A DNA stretch of 64,000 bases, from the NCBI GenBank assembly GCA_964304625.1, contig OZ199839.1, positions 9,314,528 to 9,378,527 on the forward strand. The letters are read 5' to 3'. Made by a program: the position numbers and the translations under genes. Positions 37,030 to 52,559 of this stretch are shown in pieces; the stretch's first letter is position 1; each line of letters begins with the position of its first letter. The notes under the pieces are model-generated. The model had not been told where the DNA came from. It searched no databases and saw only the letters and a program-made list of their open reading frames with translations. The stretch comes from Kudoa neothunni (Eukaryota > Animalia > Cnidaria).

Positions 37030-40000
37030 TCAACTAGAAGGATTCGCATTATCTTTTTGATTTTCATAGCACCTCGAATGTAGAATAAAGCCATTATTAC
37101 TGATAGCTACATTTGGATTGTCCAAATTTCCATGACACAAGTAACATGTACTAATAACGGATCAATTTTAAAAGCTAGCAACATTACAGAAACTACTTTT
37201 CATTCCATAGGGATATTTTACTATTTGAACATGACTTCAAATCACTGACTACCTTAAAAATTAAAATATAGAGAAATAATAGTTTTGATCAAAATGTTAC
37301 TTTGCCTAGTGTGAGGTAGCTAACTCCAGAGTGAACAGCATTCTGAAAATGGTCAAAATTTGTTTTATTGCAAGCTTTTTGTAGATAACCATTCACATCG
37401 TTTAAACTATAATCGCTTGGAAGTTGTTTTGTAGTCTAAAAATACAAACCAAAGGTATAATAAGATTCTCATAGCAACCGATAATATGTAATATTGCAGA
37501 TGATTCAAATACAGTAGAGGGTTCCAAACAAGAAACGTGCTGATTAATAAATTCTATTATTGATTGTTTGTCAAATAAGGATGGTTTGCTAGATATAAAT
37601 TATACGAAGAATAATGAGGTTATAAAGTGACTTAATTGCCCGGGGATTTCGTGAGTTAGACATAATAATCGAAAATAATGCTTGATAAAGTTGCTTCGAG
37701 GTTACAGCATTAGGTGATCGCTAATGTGGAACAAAATAAAGAAATTAACCATTTCAACACAACTCTCAAACAGTGAGTTACTTCAGGAGCAGTTTGACAG
37801 TAATTTTCAGCACCTTCATAATCTTCAAGTACATTGATATGTATTTGAAGAGCCTCGGTGTGATGACCCAACTAAGGGAATATGATATTATAACAAAAAA
37901 CCATAAATATACAGCAGAAAGAAGTATAATTCTCTCATGATGAAGCGGCATATCTCCCATCTGAGCAAGAATATCACTCGGATTATAGTAACGAGAGGTT
38001 TCAAGTAGTTTTTTAAACTTATCGCTAACATTTGAAAAATAAATAAATAAATATGAATGAATGAATGAATGAATAAGAATAATACCGTATATTATTGCTG
38101 GCACTTTTGAAAGAAAGATCACCTGATAAGTTATCATTGGAAGATCTTTGGCTCATTTTCAAATCAATAATATAAAATTGAGCCAATTTAGTGTGGTAGT
38201 CCTGATTCTTCAAATAGACATGAATATGTAGGGAAAATAATATTTAAATCTACTTTCAAAGACAAATTGTACACGATATGCTCATAGAAGGGTAACTGTT
38301 GGTCGTAGGGAGTGGTGGCGAGAAAAGCCAAAATATCATCCACACTCACATCAATCATTCGAACATCGGTCGAGTTGTTGGACTCGTTTTCCAATGAATT
38401 CCATGTGATGCTTTGAAATATCTAACCATTAGACGTCCATTAGAAAAATCTCCTTTGCACCAAAATATAACTTCTATTGTTGTTTCAGGATATTTTTTAG
38501 AAAGTATACTGATAATTTTCCAAAATAGTTTCACATCATTGAGACTATGCACAAATGTAAGCCACACATCTAATCAATTTCAAGTTACTATTTGATACAT
38601 TCCACCATGTAACTTATGTCATTAAAATCATCATCGTGTACATTTTCATCGGTCATTAACCTAATTGATATGAATCAATCCTCAAATATGTTGTGAAATT
38701 TACTGTTCCCAAATTTCGCATGCAAGTTGTTGTTTTCCCTCTTTGCACATACAACAGAGACAGTCCGTAATGTTTCTAGAAATTTGCAATAACCCCATAA
38801 ATTGTTAACGTAAACTTAACACACAATTACTTTGTATTGTTTTAGAAAATCGACAGTTTCATTGTATTTACTGCGATTGGATTCAAACAGGAAATTAATG
38901 AGATTTTTATGATCAACTTGAGTGTATAGTTTAATCAGAAGGGTATCTATGTTCTGTAAAATAACTCTCAATACATAATTGATAAGAAATTAAACATTAA
39001 ATAAAAAAATATGTCAACAATACATTTAAATGAGGAGTATATTCTTGAATATTCCTGCAAGATTCCTAAAAAGTGAATATTATCTACTATACAAAGCAAA
39101 TCTCCACAGTCGACAGTCAAACATACCAACAGATCTATCATAAAATCGTTAAAAAACAATTTTTAGATTATCATCATTTCCCACTAGGATATTTTAATAT
39201 TATTTCATGTGATCAAAAATCAAATACTCATCTCAACCAGTTGACTATAGTATTTGGCAGAGAGTGAATGATTCTGTGTGGGAATGATGTTGTCAGAATT
39301 TTTTGTCGTTTCATCGTAAACTTGAAGGAGCTTTAAATAAAAAAAATATACCATAGAAAAATCATCTTATTCGATAACATCGATCAATTACTTTGGATAT
39401 ATCCAATTTATTGTCAATAAAAATTTCTTTGGCATCGTTTAGGAGCAGTTGTTTGAGTTTAATGTAAACTGTAGCTAGTTTAATTTCGTCAAGATTCTAT
39501 TTGAAAATTCACCAGTTAATATTTATAAAAAACCCATCATTGAATAATTTAATATTTATCTCATTAATTAACATGATATTTTGATTGTAATAATCGCTTA
39601 ATATACTGAAGAAAATGTTTATCGTGCATCGAAAAAAGGCAAAATTTAATCAATATCAAATAATCACAAATAACATAGGTATTAAAATTAAAAACAAATT
39701 TTCGAATACATAAAAACAGTAGAATTGAATTGACATAACCTTGAATATTAACTCAGTATATTTTCCGATAAACTGCCATACTGAGTGTCAAATGGTATAC
39801 TTTTAATAATTAATATAAATACATCTTTTAATGGTTGAAAAAATAAATATTTAATTTTTGACGCTTTTATGAAAAATACGTCTACCAATGTAGATTTTGG
39901 ATATTTCGAGTATAAAAAATTTAATTAACATCGAAATATTTTGAGTAATTGATTTCAGATTAATAGTGATATTAAAACAAATGAATTTTATTTAAATCAA

Positions 40001-41784
40001 ATATATTGTCAAGTTATAGTGATAGACAACCAAAAGAAAAAAAAATTACACACGTGTGTTTAATAGTAAATTCAATACAATTAATAACTGTATACCTTGG
40101 AGATATTAGAAGAAAGTCGGTTGGGATTCTTTTCAACAATTTCCATCAAAGTAAAAGCTCTTCCCAAGTCATTCTCATCCAATAACGACAATAACTAAAA
40201 ATAGTCGATTCTTCAATTCAATCGATCAAAAACAAAATCAAAAATACCTGTTTTTCTAAAGCTACTGGTCGTATATATCGAACACTTGAGTTGCAATGGA
40301 TAAAAATATGTCCTTCGATTTGAAGGATTTTTGAATATTGCTAGAAAAAATGATGCTTTTTATTCATATGAGCTATTCATTAAATATACATGTAGAATGA
40401 ATTTCTGTACTATTTCGTTGGTGGCCATTCTATAAGGTAATAAAATTTTTCCAGCCTAACTAGAGGGCAAATAATAGATTAATTCCTACTGATGGATAAA
40501 AATCGAATCTGTGGATAGTATAATTGAATAAGGAAACGATTCCACAATATTGAGTATAGGAGTTTTTGAAATAATTGGTTCACGTACAGCAATACCTTTG
40601 ACATTCACATGCATAGCCATTTCTGGAGTGGGACCAGTAATAAAAACACCTCCTATGTGACGTTAGATTAGAATGTTCCACCAGAATCTCTTAACAATTT
40701 AACGTACATTCGAATAAACTTGCACTGATGGTGAGAATTCATTGATATTATAGGTGAATAGAGTTTCTTTCTAGAGATGGGATCAAAAGCTAATTATCCC
40801 ACGTAAATAATACTCTATTATTTTTCATATCAACAATAGTGTAACCGAGATCCGACGCCACCAACACAGTAGATCCAATAGCAGCCTAGATATGAATGTG
40901 AAAATACCACCCAACCATTCAAAGCTTACCAGTTTGATTGGAATCTCAGTCAACAAACATTCAAATACCACATTGTACGACTGATCGCATAGTTCCACTA
41001 ATAACAGGTTTTTAGTTTTTTGTTCCAATCACAATCTAATTGGTTCGGTTGTGAAATACAGCCACTCGATACAACTATCTATAGCAACCTCTGTGGTGAA
41101 AGGGTTATCGTTTAGTGGATAACTATTCCTACACAATGTGGACACCTACAACCACTAACAACTATCAACAAAATGAACTCACCGAACGGATTGAAGAGAG
41201 ATATTGATCCCTTTTGGAACTATAAATTTCAAATTACACCCACATTCCAACAGATAAATATAAAACCAACTTCCAAACTGGTTCCCATTCCGATCAAATA
41301 CAATCTTCTATGACAAAGCACTATCAAAGTTGCCAAAGAGTCCGAATAAATTATTTTATCTATTGATCTTTTCTACTCGACACCAATGACAAATCACCTA
41401 TAAAGCCACCCAATCAGCATACTTGTCCATGTTGTATATGGCTTAATAGATTGGTATAGGTGATATTGTCTCGATCCAATCCATACATTAACATATGTCT
41501 AAAAATAATAAAATTAAATGAAAAAATTAAATTGTTTGCAATCGAGGATGATTTCAATTTTTGCTCTCCATAAAAAACTCCATTTTTAGATACCCTGTAG
41601 TTGTCCCAATGAACAATTTATATTTGGAATATTCGATACATTTGATAGACTTAAAAAAATGTTGAAGAACATTCCGATTAATACCTAAAACTACCAGAAT
41701 ATCAGACGTTTTGGCTTTTGGTAATTTTATATTTTCGAGCATGGTCGCAAATTCGAATGCATCGATCAGATTTCCAAAAACCAT
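37030..41784 (-). CDS. TGFBRAP1: TGF-beta receptor-associated protein 1 / Vps3-Vps39 family CORVET subunit, many exons
   Basis: N-terminal CNH-like DAFEFATMLE..IKCIEY..LFIGTTTG. FITGPTPEMAMHVNVKGIAVREP..SFPY is closer to TGFBRAP1 than to VPS39 by eye. Also YHTKLAQFYI, KFKKLLETSRYY and LHHERIILL. The last exon is TCYLCHGNL..NGFILHSRC..PSS* (C-terminal zinc-finger). Not all exons were traced. Confidence 0.78.
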
Positions 41785-42835
41785 AGCTGAAAAATGTCTA
41801 AAAGTTTGTGATTATGTAGGCTTAATGCATTACGCATGCGATCTATAGTTCAATCTTAGAAACTAATAAAGAATCATTTTCAAGTAAAAAATAGATTGAT
41901 TTAATTTGGAAATAGATATACAAAAAAGTAATCGTAACCACTGATGTATATTTTTATTTTTTAGTGCAACTAATCATATTTATTCAATGGATGCTATGGA
42001 AAGGTTCAACATTATTAATTATTGAAAATTGTCTATCGGTTTTCATGGGTTTGATTGGAAATATTCAGTAAAAAATCATACAGCAGCTCTGTCATTTAAT
42101 ATCGTCCGATTGATTTTTATAAAAACTAATTTGTTTAATAATATTTTTTAATTAGAAAATTGTCTTCAATTCAAATATATTATTATTTCAAATTTTTTGT
42201 GAGTTCCATCAAATAAAATTAATTAATTAATAATTTATTATTTTAAATAATTAAATTTGTATATATTTAATTTATATTTCAATAAATTTTATACATATGA
42301 AAATTCATTTTATAAGTGATAATTAAAAATTAGAATTTTTATGGAATGATGCTTATTAAATGTTTCCTTTAGGAGGCGGTAAAAAAGTCACCCGGCGCAT
42401 GCGCGCCAAATAAAAATTTATGGAATTGGAATGTTATTAAGATTTTAAAATTATCCATTCCTATTTTTCTCTTGCATTTAGAATTAAAAAAATTTTTTAA
42501 ATCATTATATAGACATACAGTGTTAATCTAATATTGGGGGATTTAAAAAATAGGTTACTTTGGGAATGTACAAAAACTCACTTACCCATTTCACCAACCG
42601 TAAATAGTGCATATTATTAATACTTAATAGTTTCGTAACCTATATTGGATAAATTCTAGATTATCAAACCCGCGATGTTATGCAGTGTATTAATTAAGAT
42701 GAATTAAATTATTCTATATATTTTTCTGTAAATAAAATAAAAATAAAAAAGTTTTTGGTATATATTTAAAAGGTAAGGGATTTTTAGTTCTATATTATTT
42801 TAACTACAACGTTATCACATCACATATGATTGATA

Positions 42836-42838
<3 letters not shown>

Positions 42839-42869
<31 letters not shown>

Positions 42870-42883
42870 TATATATATCATAT
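42839..42883. repeat. (TA)n microsatellite, interrupted
   Basis: Direct reading of the sequence. Confidence 0.9.
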
Positions 42884-43002
42884 AGGTGGGAACATCCAGT
42901 AGAAAAAATCAATCTAGTTTTGAACATTTTCCACATGAAAACAATATTCTCAACTCAACAGTATCACATAATTCGATGTCTTAAAGGAGCAATATTGTTT
43001 AT

Positions 43003-44095
43003 ACAGAGATATATGGATGCAACGCAGAAATCGATAAAATGAAAACCACCGCGTTGTATCAATTTTTACATTGGACACATTCGAATAACGCATGCGATCG
43101 GACAAAAATAACAGTTTTCTATCGATAATATAATCAATAATAAATCAATTTTAAACAAAATTTAACTTTTATAATTGTTCTTATTAAAATAACGTTCTAA
43201 ATTTTTGATCTGAAAAAATGTTCAAATATTAAGTCAGATTTTTCAAGTTTGGTTTATATTGTCAGACTCTTGCTGAATTTTATTTAGAAAGAGTTTTCTA
43301 ACTTTTTCCAATTAATATAGTTTCTCAAAGTTTGATATAATAACTAAATCAATATAATCAAAGTCGTCATCAATCCTGTCAAAATAAAATACCTGAGGAG
43401 TCGACTGTGTCGCTTTCAAGAGTTTCTTCAAAGGGATTTGTTAATTCTAGTGAGTTTATTATTAGAATACCTCATTTCTGTTATTTTTAAATTGATCATC
43501 AACGGGATCATCATTTAATGGACTTTTTTTGCATCATTTTAAAACTTTAACCATTCAATGATCTAGTGGCTGAAGCACACTGGTGATATTCGAAGAAAAG
43601 TAGTAGTGTTACATTAGACATATATTTTTTGTGGGTGGGTTAATAAATATAATAAATAATCGAGAAATAATCGAGAAATAATCGAGAAATAATATTATTT
43701 TTTAAAATGAGATACAAAAATGGAATTGGTAATTTAGACCATTTTATTTTTGTGCCATTTTGTTGGCAAATTTTTCCATCGCTTGGAACATAGCATCTAT
43801 ATTATATGGTATGAACTCGTATAAATTGAAAAATTTCGAGTTTGTTGGTAGTTCAAAATGGTAGTGTTTCGATAAAATTGAAACTTCATCTATGATTTTT
43901 TGCAAAGTTCAGATTAAGCGCTTCGTCTTCGTTAGATCCATACAGTAAGTTTTTAATCTTAATATTTGTTTGAAAACCAATTTCTTATTGACAAATGATC
44001 AATTTTATATTGAGCTATCTATTTAACTTTATATTCAAACAAAATAAGTAGTAAAGAAGTAAATTTTTAAAAATTGCACTCGACTCGTGTAATAC
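43003..44095 (-). mobile_element. Second, shorter copy of the pogo/Tigger-derived element at 28390-32197
   Basis: Co-linear reverse-complement similarity to 31640-32197 and 28410-28960 (for example AAAACTTACTGTATGGATCTAA and GTTCCAAGCGATGGAAAAATTT). Carries an 11-bp unit (AAATAATCGAG) three times at about 43654-43692. Confidence 0.82.
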
Positions 44096-44464
44096 TATAA
44101 ATTCTACATTAAGAATACTAATATTTTTCTGCTATGTATAAATATATTTATATACGTAAAATGAAAATAATTTTTGTTAGTTTAAAATGAGTAAAATATA
44201 AAAATAATAAGGAATTTAATAAACGATGAAAATTTATAGTTAATAAACATAAAAACGAAATATTCAATTTTTAATGAGAATATGATGTAATGATGGAAGA
44301 TTTTAACAGACAATCCTTGAAAAATGAACGACTAAATCCGAGCATGCGCAAAAACGCAGAAAATCAAAATCTGATCATATAAGCGTCGAAATTCTCATTC
44401 TGAGCTTACAGACGAAATAAAAACTATAAAACACTCACTTTAAATGTTAAAGAGGGATTGATAT

Positions 44465-45995
<1,531 letters not shown>

Positions 45996-47220
45996 AATAT
46001 ATGTTTTTATAGTATTTTTTGTAAATTTTTATCAGCGGTTTATTTTTCTATGAATGCTCCGCTGCTATTATCTCTCTTTTGCTTTTTATATGTTCTATTT
46101 ATTCAAAAATGCTATTTTAATGTGTTTAATGATTATTAATTTTTTTTATCCTTTTAACTCTTAAACATTCTTTTTCTTCGCTGGTAATAAGCAACGGGAA
46201 AATCTTATTAATGATCTCAAATGAGAAATATTCTAATTAGCAATTTAACAAAATTTTCTAATCATAGTACTTTTAACTTTTAGATAATCGTACTTTTTAA
46301 CAAGTAAGAGACATTCTCTTATGGTGTTTGTTTTTTGATAATCTTTGATCCTTTGTATAAAAATATAATCCTAAATTTTGGGGGGAATATTTTTTGTACG
46401 TCTAATGGAGAGTTTGGAAATAAGTTATATAAATGTTCTAAGTTTTCTCGTATTATAAGATAAATATTATTTTACTTACATTTCTCTATTATTTTTCATA
46501 CTGAATAAGAATTGTATCACGTGCAATGTTAGAAATAAAAATTAAATATGTATTCAGAGTATATACAACGAATATTATATAATTTTTATCATATTAAATG
46601 AAAGAAACGATGCATTGTTAAAAATAAACTAGCAAATTACTAATATACCAAATCATGTGACCAAGTGATATTAAGCTATTTTATCGGTTTATCCACATAG
46701 ATTTCATTATTGTTTAATATTATTAAACTATAATTGAACGTAGTGTGTTTCCATTTATTTAATGCTTTAGTAAATATTTTTAAGATTATTTTCGACTGTA
46801 TCTACACTTTAGACAATAAAATAAGTGATGAAAAAGAAGATAAATAATTACTTAAGATAAAATTTATTTAATTCTAATTATTACTATAAACGGCGATTCC
46901 GCGGAAACCAGCAACTACAACAAAATAAACATAAATTGGAGAAAAAAATTGTAAAGGAAAATATACATCAAAATGATTTAATTTATCTATAAAATATCTT
47001 TGTCGATTGTTTGGAAATACTGGAGTCCCCGTGTATCGGATGTTCAATTACAATAGTGTACGATTAACGGCTAATATAAAAAAATAATGCTATTTTATCC
47101 ACTTGAAAATGCAGTTATATTTATGTGAATTAGGCAAACCCTTTCGGAAATATAAAACATTAGACTTCAAAATTACAAATATATTTAAAACGGATAATTG
47201 TTTGATTAAATATTATAGAG

Positions 47221-50200
47221 CAATGTTTCCTTACATGGAGTGCCCTATTACCCTATAGAGGCGAAGAGCCGTCATTGGGGTTGTAGGAGTAATTCCGCAA
47301 TAAACTTAAAAATTAATCGTAACTTATGTTTTGAGTGATTTTCCTTAGTCCCCGTTCGAATCATGCAACGATGTAATGCAAGCAATAATCTTTTTTGTTG
47401 TTTGTTACCAATTAGTTTCTAATCAAAAAATGAGATATCAAAAAATAAGATAATATAATTTTTTATTTTAAACGTGTTTTCAAATTATTATCGTCAATTG
47501 AATCGTCTTCATCATCACTATGATCCTCATTCTGTACATAAAGTTAATATAAATAAACTTGAAAATGTTTCACCTAAAGCTGAGGGAGGACTCATCGAAT
47601 TTTTCAGAATATAGGGATTGGAACGTATTGATATTCTCTATTGAAGCTTCGTAGGCAATCATATTCTCAATTTCTTCTTGTAATATATTTGGATGAGTTG
47701 TGTCACATATTTCAATAATCTCTTTGTCGGGTGATATCAAAATGCTGTTAGCTTTGACAGGGACCGTTTGTCGAGATAAAAACGCAGCTTTTTGAAAGCA
47801 ATTTATGATGGTGGATACGCTTACACATTCCTACGCTTGTTTAATCAACATCATGCATCTAAAATGGTTGGTGGAGTTGGTTCTAATCCCACCTCAATAC
47901 ATGAAGTGTATTTTTTAATCATTTTCATCATATATACACATTTGAATTAATGAATAATCTCTTGATCTAGGGGTTGCAATAAACTAGTTGTATTTTTGGG
48001 TGAAAAGATCAGCTTTATGTTACTGAATGATTTTTTTGGTGAGAGGTTGCATTATCTAAAAAATTAGAACATTTTTGTTTTCATAAACACAGAATTGATT
48101 TTAATCAGATATCTTAGGAAGATTTCATTAGTCGCCCAAGACTTCTTGTTAGGTTCATATAAAGCTGGAAGGCTATTTATATTTTTTAAAGTATCTGGGC
48201 TTTCGACTAGGTCCAATAGCCAAAGGTCCAAGTTTTTCTCCGCTGAGTGATGCATCGAATAAAACGGTCATACGTTTTTAGACTTTTTTGTGTCCTTTGT
48301 ATGACTCTCTATGGAGCTTACATAACTTTTTCTTATATAAAATACGCAAAAAAAAAGAAAAATATCTACCTCTTTGTTGCTGATAAAACAAATCAACCTC
48401 ATCTATATTATAGATACAATCATCATTATATCCTTCACATTAGTTTTTAAGTTGAGAAAACCATTTAGAACTTGTACATGGGTCAATGTCAACCGCTTCG
48501 TCATTGAAATTTATTTTTTTGAGATTAAATCTCGACTTAAAAAACCTAAAACAACCGTATGTTGCATTTGATGGTAAATTCTTTTCTCAGGGAATTTCGT
48601 TTAAATGATGTCTATGGCAGTTAATTCAATTTTTTAGGATCGCACCCAGCAAATCCAATTATAAACACATTCATCGAGGGAAATATTGGTGCCATCATTT
48701 AGATTTATCATATTTTTACAAACCAATTCCCTCTCAAACATTTCTATAATTTTCTCTTCATTTTTTAAAATATCATTAAGAATGGATATTGTTGATATAT
48801 TAAAATGTTTAATAGTAGCAAACTCCGCACCTCTTGAGGTGATACCACGGAAATATTTTATAATTTATATTTCTCTTCAATTGATCGAAACTTAGATTTA
48901 TTTCTATTAACCATTTACGTCACTTTTATGAAAACTATAAGATTAATTGGGCCAGAAAAGGTACGTAAAATTAAAATTGGTAAATCACGTGATACTTGTA
49001 TCGCAAAATTTAGAATCATATCAAAGTTTGTTCATTTAAATTCATTAATAAATGTGTAATTAAATATATTATTTATTGTTCATGATAGATTGTGTAAAAT
49101 AAATGCAATCACTGACTGTAGTTTATATTAAGCCTATTCATCGTACGAAATCAATTACTTGCTACTTTCATGTAAAATCGTAAATTTATTATTTTATAAA
49201 GTAACATATTTTGATGTTCCAGCTCTAATTGGGGTTTCAGAAATTTTATCTTTCTAGAAATAATTTATATCCTTAAAAATAAAACCACGATATAATTTTG
49301 ATTTTGCCTTATGTCTAAATTTGATATATATATATATATATATATTATTTTATTTTCTGTATAGTGTTACATTTTAATTTTTATGCTCGAATTTGTGTCT
49401 GACCTTTGATATGAATTTTAGCTAAATTATCCTTTAAAATGCTCGTAACATAAGAATCTGAGCATTCATTTATACATTTAAACGAATGAATGTCAATTTT
49501 AACCGAATATATTGGTTATTTTTATTTGGGTTAATTTAACCTCTAATGATAATGAACTTAAAATGACTAACCTCCGATGGATTTTTTTATTTCATACGCA
49601 AGAAAATAAAAAATTTTTAAATTATACGAAAGAAAATAAATTTATTGTCAATATTAGATGAAAATAAATAAATTAACTCTATAATAATCCTTATAATCCT
49701 ACGATAACTAGATTCGTTAATAATCGTTGTAGTATTTTATAGATAATGGAGAGTTCTTCTCGGTGTATCATAGCAAAAATCTTCTTTAATAAATAAGACA
49801 ACATAATTAATTGGCTAACCTTCCGAGTTCCTCACATCGATTATACACTTGCTGCTTTTGGATTCACATGCGACTACATAATTTTTATTGTATCTTTAAA
49901 TGCAATAAAAATAATGTAGTCGTATGTAAAATTAAATAAAAATTAATAAACAAATATTCTTCGTATTTTCACTAAGATTTACATTGCGTATAAACAAAAT
50001 AGTTCGAATTCGAGTAAATATGTTGCCGCGATCTGTTTTTTTATCGTCGCTACCTTTAATTGTAACGGATGAGTGGAATAACTCAATTTTTGATACCTAA
50101 AAATGGTTAATAATTGTTTATACTATAAATACTGATGAATTAAGTCTACCCGTAACTTTGGTAACAAATTAATTTCCTATGGTGGGTAACTAGTTTACAC

Positions 50201-51549
50201 GGTTTGAAGAAGACATGAGCAATATGAATTTTGTTAGTATCACCCTTTGAATATAATTTAGGTCATAAAAGTTATTCATATCGCAAAAAACTTCAAATCC
50301 TCATCATTCTCATCATTTTTACAGTGAGAAATATCTGTCATATCACTGCAGCTGCTATCCGGTAAACCATTTTCGGAATGGAGGTGATGTATGCGAATTT
50401 AATGAACTAAATTACGTGATTTGGTATGAATTAAGGTAGGTATATTTTAAAATATTCCCATCAAAATGTGTTTAATTCGGTGAAAAATTCTCAAAATTTT
50501 TTTTTGTCTAAGTTGGCATATAAAAAATTGAGGTATTTTTCATCCAAAAAACCATTGGATGATGGAAATTGTGTAGCTCCGCTAATATATTATATATGTT
50601 GATAATTTTTCTTTCGGAAATCAAAAATAATATTTTTGAGAAGTAGGTGGAATCCTAAAATTGACGTCCTTAGAAATATAAAGAAATTAGAGAAACAATA
50701 TCTTCCTGGGGTATTTTTATACCAAATCCATTAGAGGGTTAAGACGGCATCTGTTTTAAATTTTCTGGATTTTTATTAACCCATTGCCTTTATTTTTAAA
50801 TTAAAATCTGACTCAATATAGAATAACGAATTTGCTAAGTTTATTCGCATAAAATGATATGTAACGCAGCTTTCTCGACTTTACAAAATACAATTAAAAA
50901 TATCGTGAATACCTGAAACCTAAAACGATTTGCAAATATCATTTACTAACAATGTGCCATGCTTTGAATTTCTTATCAAAAACTGGCGCGAGTGAGAAAC
51001 CGCCAGATCAATTAAATACAAAATAACATTATTTGAAGTGGTGACTTTTTTATGTACTATATGGATTGGTAATATTTATCTGGCTTATTTAAATTTCTCA
51101 TTTAAGCATAGAATTTAATCACGCGAGTATAACTTTTATTTTTGTATTTTAATAATACTTCTATACAAATTTGTTGGTTCTAACAATTTAAATTAACTAT
51201 AATAAAATTTTTTAATTAGAATTATTACTTTACAGAAAAATAGTATGTTCAATCAGGAATAAATAATAGCTTTAATCGTTGAATGTTAAGTCATGAGACA
51301 GAAAAGATATTTGTTCTTTTTAAATTGTGCGGAGGGCAATTGAGTTAACCAACAAAAAATTTTTTTGATTAATGCATTTTAAAAATAATTCTAGAAATTA
51401 TTAAGTTAAAATATCGTTTAAATTAATATTTAGTATAATTAAAAACATTTTTTACTGATATTATTTTCGCATTTAAATAATATGTAAAATTAAGCCTTGA
51501 CTTTCACATGAAGGAGGGGTGCGAGTGTAAAATTTGTATGGAAACACTG
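47221..51549. mobile_element. hAT-type element shell with perfect 8-bp TSD, filled with nested elements
   Basis: TTATAGAG|CAATGTTTCC at the left and GGAAACACTG|TTATAGAG at the right (TSD at 47213-47220 and 51550-51557). Confidence 0.8.
47480..48920 (-). pseudogene. Decayed pogo/Tigger (TIGD4/6-like) transposase
   Basis: HTH-like N-terminus, IYNIDE, NKKSWATNEIF, FLDNATSH, TTSLLQPLDQEII and VSVSTIINCFQKA. Confidence 0.8.
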
Positions 51550-51793
51550 TTATAGAGTAACAATATCTAATTACTAGTACGCCAAAGTAGCATTATATTC
51601 ATTTTAGGAACACGCACCGACAAAAAAATAATTAAATAAATTTAATTCCATGACTATTATATTACGAAAAATGATGTAATTATATAATGATAATAATAAC
51701 AATAATTAGGACACTAATAAAATTACTAAAACTCTTAGTTTTTTTTCCTATTGGCCCTTCCGACACGATCATGGTTGAATTAACATTTTCAAC

Positions 51794-52559
51794 TCATCGA
51801 ATTTTTGTATTGAGTTTGTTCTCCAACTCATCCATTCTATTCTGAAGAGTTTGAAGTTTTTCATTAATTCCTTTGAGAACATCAGAACTATCTCTAATAG
51901 CTTTTTTAGTGTGAGTAATGGGGTAACTGTTGAAATTTTTATACGGTTGATTTTTATTGGAGCGACCACCTAGTAACTCTGGAATATAACAAACCGAAGA
52001 TTGCAAGGGATATTGAACATTGGATTTTTCCAACCTAATATTTCTTTCAATCACTGAGGCAGTATTCATCATGCTCTTCAAAAGTGGCCAAATTCAACGT
52101 CAAAAGTCGTGTTTTTATATTTGATCGTAGCAACCTCTTATGAACTGGTTGCGTAGATGTTGGTTCAGGGCCGATTGTTCGATGTTGGGAAAAGCCTTGT
52201 TTGCAAGCCAACGTAGACGTGAGCCGTAAACATTGATATTTTCAAAAGGTTGTTGCTTTGCTTGGGTGAAATTCTGGTATTCTAAATTTTCGATTTGAAA
52301 ATTTCGAAAGACGTCAAAAAGGTAAATTTTGATTTTTTTTGTAACCAAGGCTCATATTAAAACCTTCCTTAGCCATTGCGTTAAAAATTTCCTGGCTGAG
52401 TGAGACCTTCAGCAAAGAAGCCATCTCTTGTATCGATTTAACTCCGTCAATCATACAAGCTGACTCAAAAGTTTCAAACCATTCACAAATGTTTTGGTAT
52501 CCATTGAATTTTTCAACCTTTGCAATTGTTTCGTACAGTTGATCATCTTTTGATGACAT
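51794..52559 (-). pseudogene. LTR-retrotransposon gag-like remnant
   Basis: EKFNGYQNICEWFETFE, ENINVYGSRLRWLANKAFP and LRNQFIRG are Ty3/Gypsy capsid-like, followed by a coiled-coil. Frameshifted; no pol or LTR pair was recognised. Confidence 0.65.

Noticed and set aside
39499-40095. snoRNA or nested gene in the unusually long (~600 nt) TGFBRAP1 intron
   Set aside because: No convincing C/D or H/ACA box arrangement or ORF was seen.
43654-43692. CRISPR-like or regulatory repeat array
   Set aside because: It is a simple 11-bp tandem triplication without spacers inside a pogo relic, in a eukaryotic context.
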